DNA of 64,000 nucleotides, taken from a virus (lineage: Duplodnaviria; Caudoviricetes). The notes beneath the pieces were generated by a model. The model searched no databases. It was not told the origin of the DNA and worked only from the letters and a program-made list of their open reading frames with translations. Numbering within the stretch: the first letter of the stretch is position 1; each line of letters begins with the position of its first letter. Shown here piece after piece: positions 56,492-64,000 of this stretch. A program made the translations under genes and the position numbers. The stretch is from IMG/VR virus record IMGVR_UViG_3300027708_000013; one strand, given 5' to 3'.

Positions 56492-56566
56492 TGGTGGAGG
56501 ATGAGAGAATCGAACTCTCTTGACCTACGTGCAAGGCAGGCATAATATCCAGTATATGAATCCCCC
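56492..56566 (-). tRNA. tRNA-Ala(TGC)
   Basis: G3:U70, loop CT-TGC-AC. Confidence 0.92.
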
Positions 56567-56572
56567 ATAGTA

Positions 56573-56655
56573 TGGCTCCGCGGCTAGGGCTTGAACCTAG
56601 CTAGTCTTTCGACACAGATTAACAGTCTGCTGCCACACCCGGCGGCTCCCGCGGA
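56573..56655 (-). tRNA. tRNA-Asn(GTT) with an extended variable arm and 5-bp D-stem
   Basis: Loop CT-GTT-AA; V-arm GTC-GAAA-GAC; D-arm GCCGC-CGGGT-GTGGC; G73. Confidence 0.82.
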
Positions 56656-56662
56656 ATAATTT

Positions 56663-56716
56663 ATAACACACTCCGCCACGGCGATTTCACTCCCACCTGG
56701 TTCCAGAATGTGTATA
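56663..56716 (-). ncRNA. Hairpin element with AGTGAAATC motif
   Basis: ACACATTCTG/CGGAGTGTGT stem; related to 54557-54657. Confidence 0.45.
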
Positions 56717-56810
56717 GTCGAACACTCGGGAGTGAGACTTGCACTCACACAGCAGGCTCTCATCGTCCCGCATCCTAGCATTAGATCATCCCAAATGCTC
56801 GACTATATAC
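56712..56810 (-). ncRNA. Pseudo-tRNA cloverleaf on an extended stem
   Basis: Cloverleaf 56725-56795 with T-loop TGCAAGT and 10-nt anticodon loop; acceptor extended by AGTCGAGCA/TGTTCGACT. Confidence 0.5.
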
Positions 56811-56909
56811 TGATTTTTCACACTACACAAAGTGCTCCATCCTAGTATCCGCCCGTTCAACATGTTATCTTTATAGTGCCCTGTCATGGACCTCGTTTCC
56901 GAGACACTT

Positions 56910-56943
56910 AAAACAAAAAACCCTGGAGTTGTTAGTTCCAGGG
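56910..56943 (-). terminator. Intrinsic terminator of the putative attenuator
   Basis: CCCTGGA-ACTAACAAC-TCCAGGG followed by TTTTTTGTTTT. Confidence 0.85.
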
Positions 56944-56991
56944 TCTTAGATAAAATATAAAATGGATTAAATCTTATCTAAGACCCCCGGG
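56941..56991 (-). promoter_or_regulatory. Putative antiterminator hairpin
   Basis: Perfect 13-bp GGGTCTTAGATAA/TTATCTAAGACCC; the 3' arm shares CCC(TGG) with the terminator 5' arm. Confidence 0.75.
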
Positions 56992-57111
56992 TTCACGATT
57001 GCTGTTGCTGTCAATTGACATCGCTATCGTTGCAAACTGTAGCCAATTGGCCAACACGCCTGATGTTTTCGGCTGTGCATGTAAACAAGTGGTATAGTTT
57101 CTTAATTTCAT
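56974..57111 (-). CDS. Putative leader (attenuator) peptide, 45 aa, containing all 20 amino acids
   Basis: Manual translation MKLRNYTTCLHAQPKTSGVLANWLQFATIAMSIDSNSNREPGGLR*; stop codon lies in the antiterminator 5' arm. Confidence 0.7.
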   Translation of the reverse strand: MKLRNYTTCLHAQPKTSGVLANWLQFATIAMSIDSNSNREPGGLR

Positions 57112-57120
57112 AATATATCT

Positions 57121-57149
57121 AGTATAGTTTATTTAGCATTTTGTGTCAA
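57121..57149 (-). promoter_or_regulatory. Sigma70 promoter (with embedded late motif CTAAATA) of the leader/tRNA operon
   Basis: TTGACA-17 bp-TATACT; only 9 nt from the -10 to the leader ATG. Confidence 0.88.
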
Positions 57150-57193
57150 GTATGTTTGGTTAAATAGTTGTTGCGTAAACGCAACAGATTTAA

Positions 57194-57784
57194 TCAAGTT
57201 GGTTTTTTCAGTAAAAAAGTCACAATACATCTATCTGTCAAATGGAACCAGTCTGAGCCAGGCTTTATTACTCCTTGTTCTGTTATTTCAAATAAATTTT
57301 TAAAATTATTCTGCCAACGGTTGACCTCTGCTTCAAAACTAAATTCGGGATGGTTGCTCCAGACTACTACCGATACAAAAACATAATCTTGAGTTAAACG
57401 ATGTAATTCATTTATTGTGTGTGCTAATAATTCTTCATTTAATAAATGTATTACAAGATTACACATTACAAAATCATACTGTCCGTCAGGATAATGATTG
57501 TATTTTTCAATGTAAGGATCATATCGTGTATACTGTATGTTGGGAAAATGCTGTTGAAGATTTTCAATAAATGTCGACTCACCGCACCCATAATCTAGTA
57601 TAGTTTTAGGATTAATTTTAGGTATCAACTGCTGAATTGATACTCCTTCATGCAGGCGATAATACTTGGATCTCCCCCAGTCCAGTGGATATTGATCGGC
57701 AAATTCTCCTGAGTAGATTTTTTTTATATATTTGCCTAGGTCATCAAATCCCAGGGTTTTCATTATGTTTCTTTTGAAGATCAT
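57194..57784 (-). CDS. Class I SAM-dependent methyltransferase
   Basis: ILDYGCGES, YDPY, FVMCNLVIHL. Confidence 0.8.
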   Translation of the reverse strand: MIFKRNIMKTLGFDDLGKYIKKIYSGEFADQYPLDWGRSKYYRLHEGVSIQQLIPKINPKTILDYGCGESTFIENLQQHFPNIQYTRYDPYIEKYNHYPDGQYDFVMCNLVIHLLNEELLAHTINELHRLTQDYVFVSVVVWSNHPEFSFEAEVNRWQNNFKNLFEITEQGVIKPGSDWFHLTDRCIVTFLLKKPT

Positions 57785-58950
57785 CTATTACCCTGGTCTA
57801 GGTCAGGTGCATCTCCAAGACAGTAGAACGGACTTAAAAATCCAACGAATCCCACTGCACAATCAAATTCTTTATTAAAATACTTGTCATCCACTGTGTT
57901 TTCAAGTAGCGTTAATCCTGCTTTCCAATTTATGTATGCTGTAGAATCTTTAAGATTTTTGTAGAACCAGTAGTCCATTTCTGGATAGAAATTATTAGTC
58001 GGCTTACTGACTTGGAATGTGGTTGGATCCCAATTGGTATAGATCAATGGTCTGATTATATGTTCAAATGTAGTGCGTTGTGCTACAGAGTGATTTGGCC
58101 ATCGTACCAAATGTTGTAAAAACTGGTTTTGTTTTGCGGAAAACCAGTTTTTAATTATATGTGCTTGTTTATGTAAAATTTCAGGAAAATCTGGGGTCCA
58201 ATAGAAATATTCATTGGTCAAGTTGTTGTATTCGTACATTACGGAATTAGAATGGTTGGCTTGAAAGTCGATGAAATATGCATACCATTTTCCATCTTTA
58301 ATACAAATCTTGGGTTTGTCAATGCCATAAAGAATACAAATACTTTTCCCTGTATCGGCTAATTTATGGTGACCATCAAAACTGATATTATCATGTTTAA
58401 ATGCATGACTTGGCTGTAAAAAATCTTTTGCTCTAAAAATCCATGTTTCGTCGAGATCTGCATTGATCATGTCTTGGCTAAAATCGTGAACAGTAATTTT
58501 AGTAGCGGGGCTTACCTTGGCGATCCATTTTAATGCAGGTTTTGTGGCATACTCATATTCACTTAGGAAGTTTTCTGGTTTACTATTATACGGATTTGGA
58601 TCCATATTATGAGTACCTGATTCGGGATAACGAAATACTACTTCATCTAGAGTAATATTGTTAAGTAAAAAACTAAACAGTATTGTAGTGGAATCTGCTC
58701 CCCCACTAAACTCTAGTCTAATGTAATCATATCTGTCTCGTAGTTGCTGTGCCCGTAATCGATACATTTCGTTTATATCAACCTGTGGCTCTACTAGCCA
58801 ATCAAGTGCACCAAACACGTCATTATTAAAATTCCAATGCGGAAATTGATTTGTTTTTGTTGCCAACATCAATGCATCAACTTTACTGTAGATGCATTGA
58901 TCCCCTACAGTGTAAAACCCCAGCTTTGGATTGTTATCAAAGGTAAACAA
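57781..58950 (-). CDS. PP-loop protein, paralogue 3
   Basis: LEFSGGADS; shares YGIDKPKI and NEYFYWTPDFP with paralogues 1 and 2. Confidence 0.75.
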   Translation of the reverse strand: MFTFDNNPKLGFYTVGDQCIYSKVDALMLATKTNQFPHWNFNNDVFGALDWLVEPQVDINEMYRLRAQQLRDRYDYIRLEFSGGADSTTILFSFLLNNITLDEVVFRYPESGTHNMDPNPYNSKPENFLSEYEYATKPALKWIAKVSPATKITVHDFSQDMINADLDETWIFRAKDFLQPSHAFKHDNISFDGHHKLADTGKSICILYGIDKPKICIKDGKWYAYFIDFQANHSNSVMYEYNNLTNEYFYWTPDFPEILHKQAHIIKNWFSAKQNQFLQHLVRWPNHSVAQRTTFEHIIRPLIYTNWDPTTFQVSKPTNNFYPEMDYWFYKNLKDSTAYINWKAGLTLLENTVDDKYFNKEFDCAVGFVGFLSPFYCLGDAPDLDQGNR

Positions 58951-58969
58951 TATCAGTTTCCTATTTTTT

Positions 58970-59881
58970 TTATTTTAAAACAATTTCAGATGTAATTTGT
59001 TTCCAAATAAAATTTTGTTTATTAAACCATGGCTGTATGCGGTCGTCACTCATCTGATTGAGAGACTGACAACGATGGGCAAAATATGCCTTATCCAGTG
59101 CAGGACTACGTCCGGCTTTTACCAAAATATCACGCCATTCTTTTGCCTTTTTGGCCGGCACCTGATTGGAGATGACCAGGTGCGATGGTGCATTCATTTG
59201 GCTTAGTATTTTTGGAAATCCATTACTGACTAGTGTTGGAATTTTATCAATGGCTTTTTCGCCGGTGATGCCTAGGTTATACAATTTATTTTTTTCTTCT
59301 GTGGCAGTTACATATTGTTCGCTGTCACCTATAAAAGCCACTGAGAAATCCGTAGTGCCACTCAGCGTTGCTAAAACAGCATCAGTTGTACTTTTAAAAG
59401 GAACCACAATCATATTGGGATATTTTTTAGCAACCTCGGTGGCCACTAAGTGAGTGGTAATACCCAGTCCACTGACAGAGATTGTCAGTGGCCGATCAGT
59501 GGGGACATCTTTCCACGATTTATATTTCTTAGCAAATACACCAAGCGGTGCATCGCAGTCTGGCATCAACTGCTGAAAATCTTCCACACGATGACTTTCG
59601 TTGGGGAAAAAGTTTGGACGAATCCAAAACGCAGAGCTGGTTGCTAAAATGGTATTTGGAGTTTTAGCAACATACTGAGCTGCAATACTAGCACCGGCAC
59701 CAGGTTTGGTATCAAAAATAAATGTGTATTGGTCCTGAATCTTATTTGCTTCTTGTGCCAGTGTGCGACTAAAATTGGCGGCTATATCACTTGGGCTCCA
59801 GCCATATATAATTGTTACTGTTTCTCGGGCGTGAGTGGTTAATGTGAAAGTGGCTAGCAAAATTGCTAAAATTTTTTTCAT
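58970..59881 (-). CDS. Bug/TctC-family periplasmic solute receptor
   Basis: Signal peptide; GWSP...RTLA...DTKPGAGASIA; VPFKSTTDAVLATLSG. Confidence 0.8.
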   Translation of the reverse strand: MKKILAILLATFTLTTHARETVTIIYGWSPSDIAANFSRTLAQEANKIQDQYTFIFDTKPGAGASIAAQYVAKTPNTILATSSAFWIRPNFFPNESHRVEDFQQLMPDCDAPLGVFAKKYKSWKDVPTDRPLTISVSGLGITTHLVATEVAKKYPNMIVVPFKSTTDAVLATLSGTTDFSVAFIGDSEQYVTATEEKNKLYNLGITGEKAIDKIPTLVSNGFPKILSQMNAPSHLVISNQVPAKKAKEWRDILVKAGRSPALDKAYFAHRCQSLNQMSDDRIQPWFNKQNFIWKQITSEIVLK

Positions 59882-59989
59882 AAATTTCCTTTGATTTAAT
59901 TTATTATATTATACTTGATACTTGTTGGTAAGTCAATTGAACAATTACTTTTATTAAAATCGAACAGTGGTGTTGCAGAATGTTGCCTG

Positions 59990-61366
59990 TCAACGACGGC
60001 GTCGTGGTTCACTTACACCACGTGGTACTCGACGTGATTCTGAAAACCTTAATTCATCTGATGCTGGTCCAGCAACTGGTACCGGAGCGGCATTGGGTTG
60101 TGCCGGGGGTGTTGGTGCAGTTGCCGGGGGAACTTGAGATTTTTTACGAGCGCCTAATTCTGGAAATACTTTCATTAATCTTGTTGGTAATTTATCAGGT
60201 GCAACTCCATGTGATAAATCTGCTGTTATAGTATTAGCAACTTGTAAAATAGTCTCAGGATCAGTGACTCCGTAGTGACTGCAGATCTGTTCTGCGTATT
60301 TTGCTATGCTTTTCTTACGCTCAGCCACAGTTTTGGCCGACACAAGTGCATCGTCATTGGCCTTAAATTTTCCAGCACGAACCGGGCCAGATCCCGGTGC
60401 TAGTATCACTTGTGGCATCATTTCGCTTTCGGGAGCATATATATAAGTAGTACCAACTCCAATGTTACCATTCATTTCCGCATAGTCCACAAAGTACTGT
60501 AATTGCTCTGTGGGCAAATCCAGTAACAACATACCTGCAAATGCCGAATACTTTTTATAATTATCGTAACCAGTACTAAGATAAGAATTGACCACGGCAC
60601 TGGCATCTCCCGACATCAATGCCTGTTGATATAAAGAATTATCTACAAATTTAAATGTGCAATCGGCAATTTTTTTAGCCGTTGCCCGTAATTTTTTTGG
60701 ATCAATTTGGGGACGAATAGAGTCAACCCAATATGATGTGTTAATTCGATCAGGTATTGCAGTGGGATCAATGTTTGAATTTTCTACTATCGCTGTAACA
60801 ATACCTTGCAGGTCTAATTTAGCTTTGCGAGCATTGATCCAACGCCCACCTTTGCTTGCACGAGCTTTGACTTCTATAGCTTTCTTTTTAACTTGGATGT
60901 CTCCACCGCCGCCAGAATATCCCGACCAAACAATTTCTGGGCTTAACACTGCCAATGCCACTTCGCAAGGACCAACACCTTGACTTGTTAGGTCTAGACT
61001 GAGTTGTTTAAATAATTCTAAGGAAAACCCGGTACCAACCAGTTCTGACAGCGAATGTAATTTTCCATCCAACAATAGAGATGAATTAATTACTGAACCC
61101 GAACTATATTTGTCTAAGAAAGCATTTTTCTCTTCGATTGGCGATTCGATGCTTATTATTGCTGATACGATTTTTTTCAAAAAAGGTTGAGCATCACCGT
61201 CTTTACCAATGACACTTTTAATACGGTCATCAATATTTCCAGCTTTAAGTGTATTAAGTACTCGTTGCAATACTGCAAAATCATCTGTAGCATGAACTAC
61301 TTTGATAATTTCTTTTTTAAGTTGTGGGTCTTCAAATAAATTAATTAGTTTTCTTAAATCGGTCAT
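59990..61366 (-). CDS. Late protein with a PD-(D/E)XK-like nuclease motif (start revised to 61366)
   Basis: GPCEVAL...GGDIQV...IEVKA; CTAAATA late motif; MTDLRKLINLFE N-terminus. Confidence 0.55.
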   Translation of the reverse strand: MTDLRKLINLFEDPQLKKEIIKVVHATDDFAVLQRVLNTLKAGNIDDRIKSVIGKDGDAQPFLKKIVSAIISIESPIEEKNAFLDKYSSGSVINSSLLLDGKLHSLSELVGTGFSLELFKQLSLDLTSQGVGPCEVALAVLSPEIVWSGYSGGGGDIQVKKKAIEVKARASKGGRWINARKAKLDLQGIVTAIVENSNIDPTAIPDRINTSYWVDSIRPQIDPKKLRATAKKIADCTFKFVDNSLYQQALMSGDASAVVNSYLSTGYDNYKKYSAFAGMLLLDLPTEQLQYFVDYAEMNGNIGVGTTYIYAPESEMMPQVILAPGSGPVRAGKFKANDDALVSAKTVAERKKSIAKYAEQICSHYGVTDPETILQVANTITADLSHGVAPDKLPTRLMKVFPELGARKKSQVPPATAPTPPAQPNAAPVPVAGPASDELRFSESRRVPRGVSEPRRRR

Positions 61367-61376
61367 AGTACAGTAT

Positions 61377-62129
61377 TTAGCTTTTTGCAAAGTAGAAATC
61401 TCTATCCAGCCACGTAAATACCAGCTCTTCTTGCCGCACATAACCGTAGCGATTTAACGATTGTTTTACACTGTCGTTGACTAAATTTAAATCAGCTAGG
61501 TCGTGCCACGACGTGGTTACAGGATCCTGTGGATCTACGGTTTTATACACTGCCGCTGTGAGCCAATCGCGATCATCGGTCATGGAAAAATAACTGTCTT
61601 TGCAGTCAAATCCCGACACAGCCAACATGTACATTAGATTACAAATGTTGTAGTGATAGTAACAACCACTGTGGCTTTGTGTGTTTAATCTATTGTAGTG
61701 ATAGGCCTGGTGCAAGGGCAAACTCAAAATCAACATGCCATTTACATTCATGTTTTGATTCCAGACAGCAAGAGTCTGCAAGGGATTCAACGCATATTGA
61801 AAAGCATCATGACACCAAATCAAGTCAATTTGTCTGGGAATCAGTCTGGTACTGAAATCGCCCTGTACGGGAACCACATTGGAGTTAGACAACACCGACG
61901 GCTCAATTTGCTCCGTATTGAGATCCACAGCATAACAGGTGTAATTGTGCGGTTCAGGCGGATCTTGTCTATCCTTCAGGGTAGCCCACCATGCTGTATC
62001 CAGTCCTGCCCCCGAACCCATGTCAGCAACAACTTCTAAACTGTATAAAAAATCATCATATTCATACAACATCTTGAACGTTTCAAGGCTGTGTGCATGA
62101 CTGGCATGTGCGTTTTTAAACTGTGCCAT
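61377..62129 (-). CDS. Class I SAM-dependent methyltransferase
   Basis: VADMGSGAG, QGDF, DLIWCHDAFQY. Confidence 0.8.
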   Translation of the reverse strand: MAQFKNAHASHAHSLETFKMLYEYDDFLYSLEVVADMGSGAGLDTAWWATLKDRQDPPEPHNYTCYAVDLNTEQIEPSVLSNSNVVPVQGDFSTRLIPRQIDLIWCHDAFQYALNPLQTLAVWNQNMNVNGMLILSLPLHQAYHYNRLNTQSHSGCYYHYNICNLMYMLAVSGFDCKDSYFSMTDDRDWLTAAVYKTVDPQDPVTTSWHDLADLNLVNDSVKQSLNRYGYVRQEELVFTWLDRDFYFAKS

Positions 62130-62370
62130 TTTGTAATATTTCCATAATTAATTTTTCTTTGAGAGCATTGAGTCTGGGCTCAAGTTGATAGTAGGCTTCG
62201 GCTATTTCATTGTCTGTGCCCCACGAACGTTGTGTGGCCAAATGACATGCAAATCTTCCCACTGCGTCTTTTTCCAACTGTACGTCCACTGCATGGTCTC
62301 GTGGCTTAGCCAGACAACAACAGTTGTATTCTTCTAACAACACATCTGCCCGAGTTTTCCAGTCCATCAT
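62116..62370 (-). CDS. Hypothetical protein
   Basis: ORF track; coupled to uvsY. Confidence 0.6.
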   Translation of the reverse strand: MMDWKTRADVLLEEYNCCCLAKPRDHAVDVQLEKDAVGRFACHLATQRSWGTDNEIAEAYYQLEPRLNALKEKLIMEILQNGTV

Positions 62371-62819
62371 ACCACAATGTCCTCCATACCTGCTGTACGC
62401 AGTCTCACTACATGTCCCAGCATGAAATTTTTACTCTCAATCCCCTTCATCACTCCCAGCCACTTGTTACGAAGCAAGGCCACCTCATTGATTATTGTTT
62501 CCATATCAATCACTTCATCTTCGGCTTCGGCATACTTTTCAGCATCTCTACTGGTCAGTGCCCTGGCATAGGCTTCAAGATATTTTTTATAGTGTGTTTG
62601 ACGAATCCTTCTCAACTGTATGTTGAGAAATTCCAATACTGCTTCAATTTCTTGCAATTGATTGAATCTGTGTTCTGTTTCTCCGGGCAAGTTACTTAAG
62701 GCCCGTTCCACATTGCCACGTATTTTAATTTCTGATTTGGCCGCAAGTAGTTCGCCTTCATAGTATTCTATAAAAGCAGGAATTTCTCCCAGGTTGGCTA
62801 CTACTCGATTATACCACAT
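62367..62819 (-). CDS. uvsY: Recombination mediator UvsY-like
   Basis: ALTSRDAEKY...EVALLRNKWLGVMKGIESK...VRLRTAGMED. Confidence 0.8.
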   Translation of the reverse strand: MWYNRVVANLGEIPAFIEYYEGELLAAKSEIKIRGNVERALSNLPGETEHRFNQLQEIEAVLEFLNIQLRRIRQTHYKKYLEAYARALTSRDAEKYAEAEDEVIDMETIINEVALLRNKWLGVMKGIESKNFMLGHVVRLRTAGMEDIVV

Positions 62820-64000
62820 GTGCTACCTCTTGTTCTAACCACGGAAATGTTGTGCGCCAATCGGTATTGCGTCTACGATCTAGCTCTGTTAAGTATACTA
62901 TCAATTTTAAAATTTCGCTAGTATTTTGGCTAGAATTACTAATTTGTAAACGTATACCATTCATATACTCTTTTGATATTAGATCGGGCATTTCATCTAG
63001 TATATCTCGAAAATACAAATCAAATACATTGCCTAGTATGTCTGGATTCATATAACTGGGTTCTGTCACGGACATAAAGTATTGTCCGATTGGACGTTGA
63101 CGTCTGAAACTGTTTACGTATTTACACAATTCTAAAGTGGTGGGAATTGATAATACTGATACAGTTTGATTTATGTTTAGAGTTATCCACTTTTCATTTA
63201 CAAGGAATTCGAAGTTCCTTTGCCATTGGTCTAGGTTTAATCCATGTCTGATATACTCTTGTTCCGTCCCCCAACAATCAATGCTGGCTGTTATGTCTAG
63301 GCGTTTGATTTTACGTTTTGCTACTAGTTTTTTAATACGCATGATTTGTGATTTAAACTTGTCGGGGTCAATCATCAAATTACTAATTATGTTAAGCTCT
63401 AATTCTCGATTGACATGAGAGTTTAAAAAATCTAAACATACATTAAACTGCGGTTGATAAAAAGGTTCTCCACCTAATATGTGTAGCCTATGTAGGCTTG
63501 AGTAATGCCGATCCATCCAAGTCCAAAAGCCATTGGTAATTTCCTCAAACCTATCATTCTTTTTTGATGTATTTTCTATCACTAATCCGGACTGTTCAAA
63601 ACGTCCAAACTTAGTATTTTCATGTTGTATCTTACTACTAAATTTATCAGTACAATAAATGCAACTCATGTTGCATACGTTATCAAAATAAACTTCAAGT
63701 ATCCTGGGAGTTACTTCTATTGCTGTGGGATTAGTATCTAATTCTTCTGGCACCAAATTGGGTATTTGTAAATGCATCATACGGTCACTAGATCCGCCGG
63801 CATGTTCTATCTTGCTACAGTACTCACACCCACCTGCGGGCCACTTGCCTTCTAACATTAAACGACGATCGTCCAACTTCTTTGGGGTGTTATGAAAACT
63901 ATCAAAGTTATCTATAATAGAACTTTTATCAACACGATGACAACTATTTGTATTTGCTTCGTACAAATATACACTACTCCATGTCCATTTAAGCTGACAT
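62809..64000 (-). CDS. Radical SAM protein, 5' end outside the window
   Basis: CNMSCIYC cluster motif, GGEPF; frame stays open (CQLKWTWSSVYLY) to the window end. Confidence 0.88.
   Translation of the reverse strand, partial: CQLKWTWSSVYLYEANTNSCHRVDKSSIIDNFDSFHNTPKKLDDRRLMLEGKWPAGGCEYCSKIEHAGGSSDRMMHLQIPNLVPEELDTNPTAIEVTPRILEVYFDNVCNMSCIYCTDKFSSKIQHENTKFGRFEQSGLVIENTSKKNDRFEEITNGFWTWMDRHYSSLHRLHILGGEPFYQPQFNVCLDFLNSHVNRELELNIISNLMIDPDKFKSQIMRIKKLVAKRKIKRLDITASIDCWGTEQEYIRHGLNLDQWQRNFEFLVNEKWITLNINQTVSVLSIPTTLELCKYVNSFRRQRPIGQYFMSVTEPSYMNPDILGNVFDLYFRDILDEMPDLISKEYMNGIRLQISNSSQNTSEILKLIVYLTELDRRRNTDWRTTFPWLEQEVAHVV

Noticed and set aside
56876-56907. Small GAAA-tetraloop junction just after the terminator
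   Set aside because: Only short helices (CTCG/CGAG, GTGTC/GGCAC), which could arise by chance; not called without covariation data.
52083-57386. Track ORFs overlapping tRNAs and structured RNAs (e.g. 52083-52415, 53827-54204, 55149-55511, 56584-56781, and the 5' extension of 53885-54388)
   Set aside because: They overlap clear tRNAs or stem-rich RNA, lack an RBS and have no protein-like motifs.

Overview
64-kb fragment of a large lytic tailed dsDNA phage, not a bacterial chromosome. It has T4-like replication genes (gp41-like helicase, gp61-like primase, UvsW, UvsY, clamp-loader-like subunit), T4-type late promoter motifs (NTAAATA) and sigma70 early promoters. Host-like genes (groES-groEL, iscU-iscA, Bug/TctC receptor) suggest a proteobacterial, possibly betaproteobacterial, host (inference). 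Layout: 1-21 kb virion and putative head-packaged proteins, Fe-S scaffold genes, helicase/primase and tail fibres; 21-31.9 kb replication and early accessory genes; 32-34 kb chaperonin; 34-48 kb sugar/glycosylation island; 49-59 kb three PP-loop paralogues bracketing a minus-strand array of 27 tRNAs mixed with unexplained structured RNAs; 59-64 kb Bug receptor, nuclease-like, methyltransferase, UvsY and radical SAM genes. Best candidate for a new system: the tRNA array is headed by a sigma70 promoter, a near-leaderless 45-codon peptide containing all 20 amino acids (missing from the ORF track), and overlapping antiterminator/terminator hairpins. This looks like a general translation-stress attenuator that would switch on phage tRNAs when host tRNAs are depleted. 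The architecture is seen in the sequence; the function is inference. Family assignments come from motif recognition only; no database searches were run.
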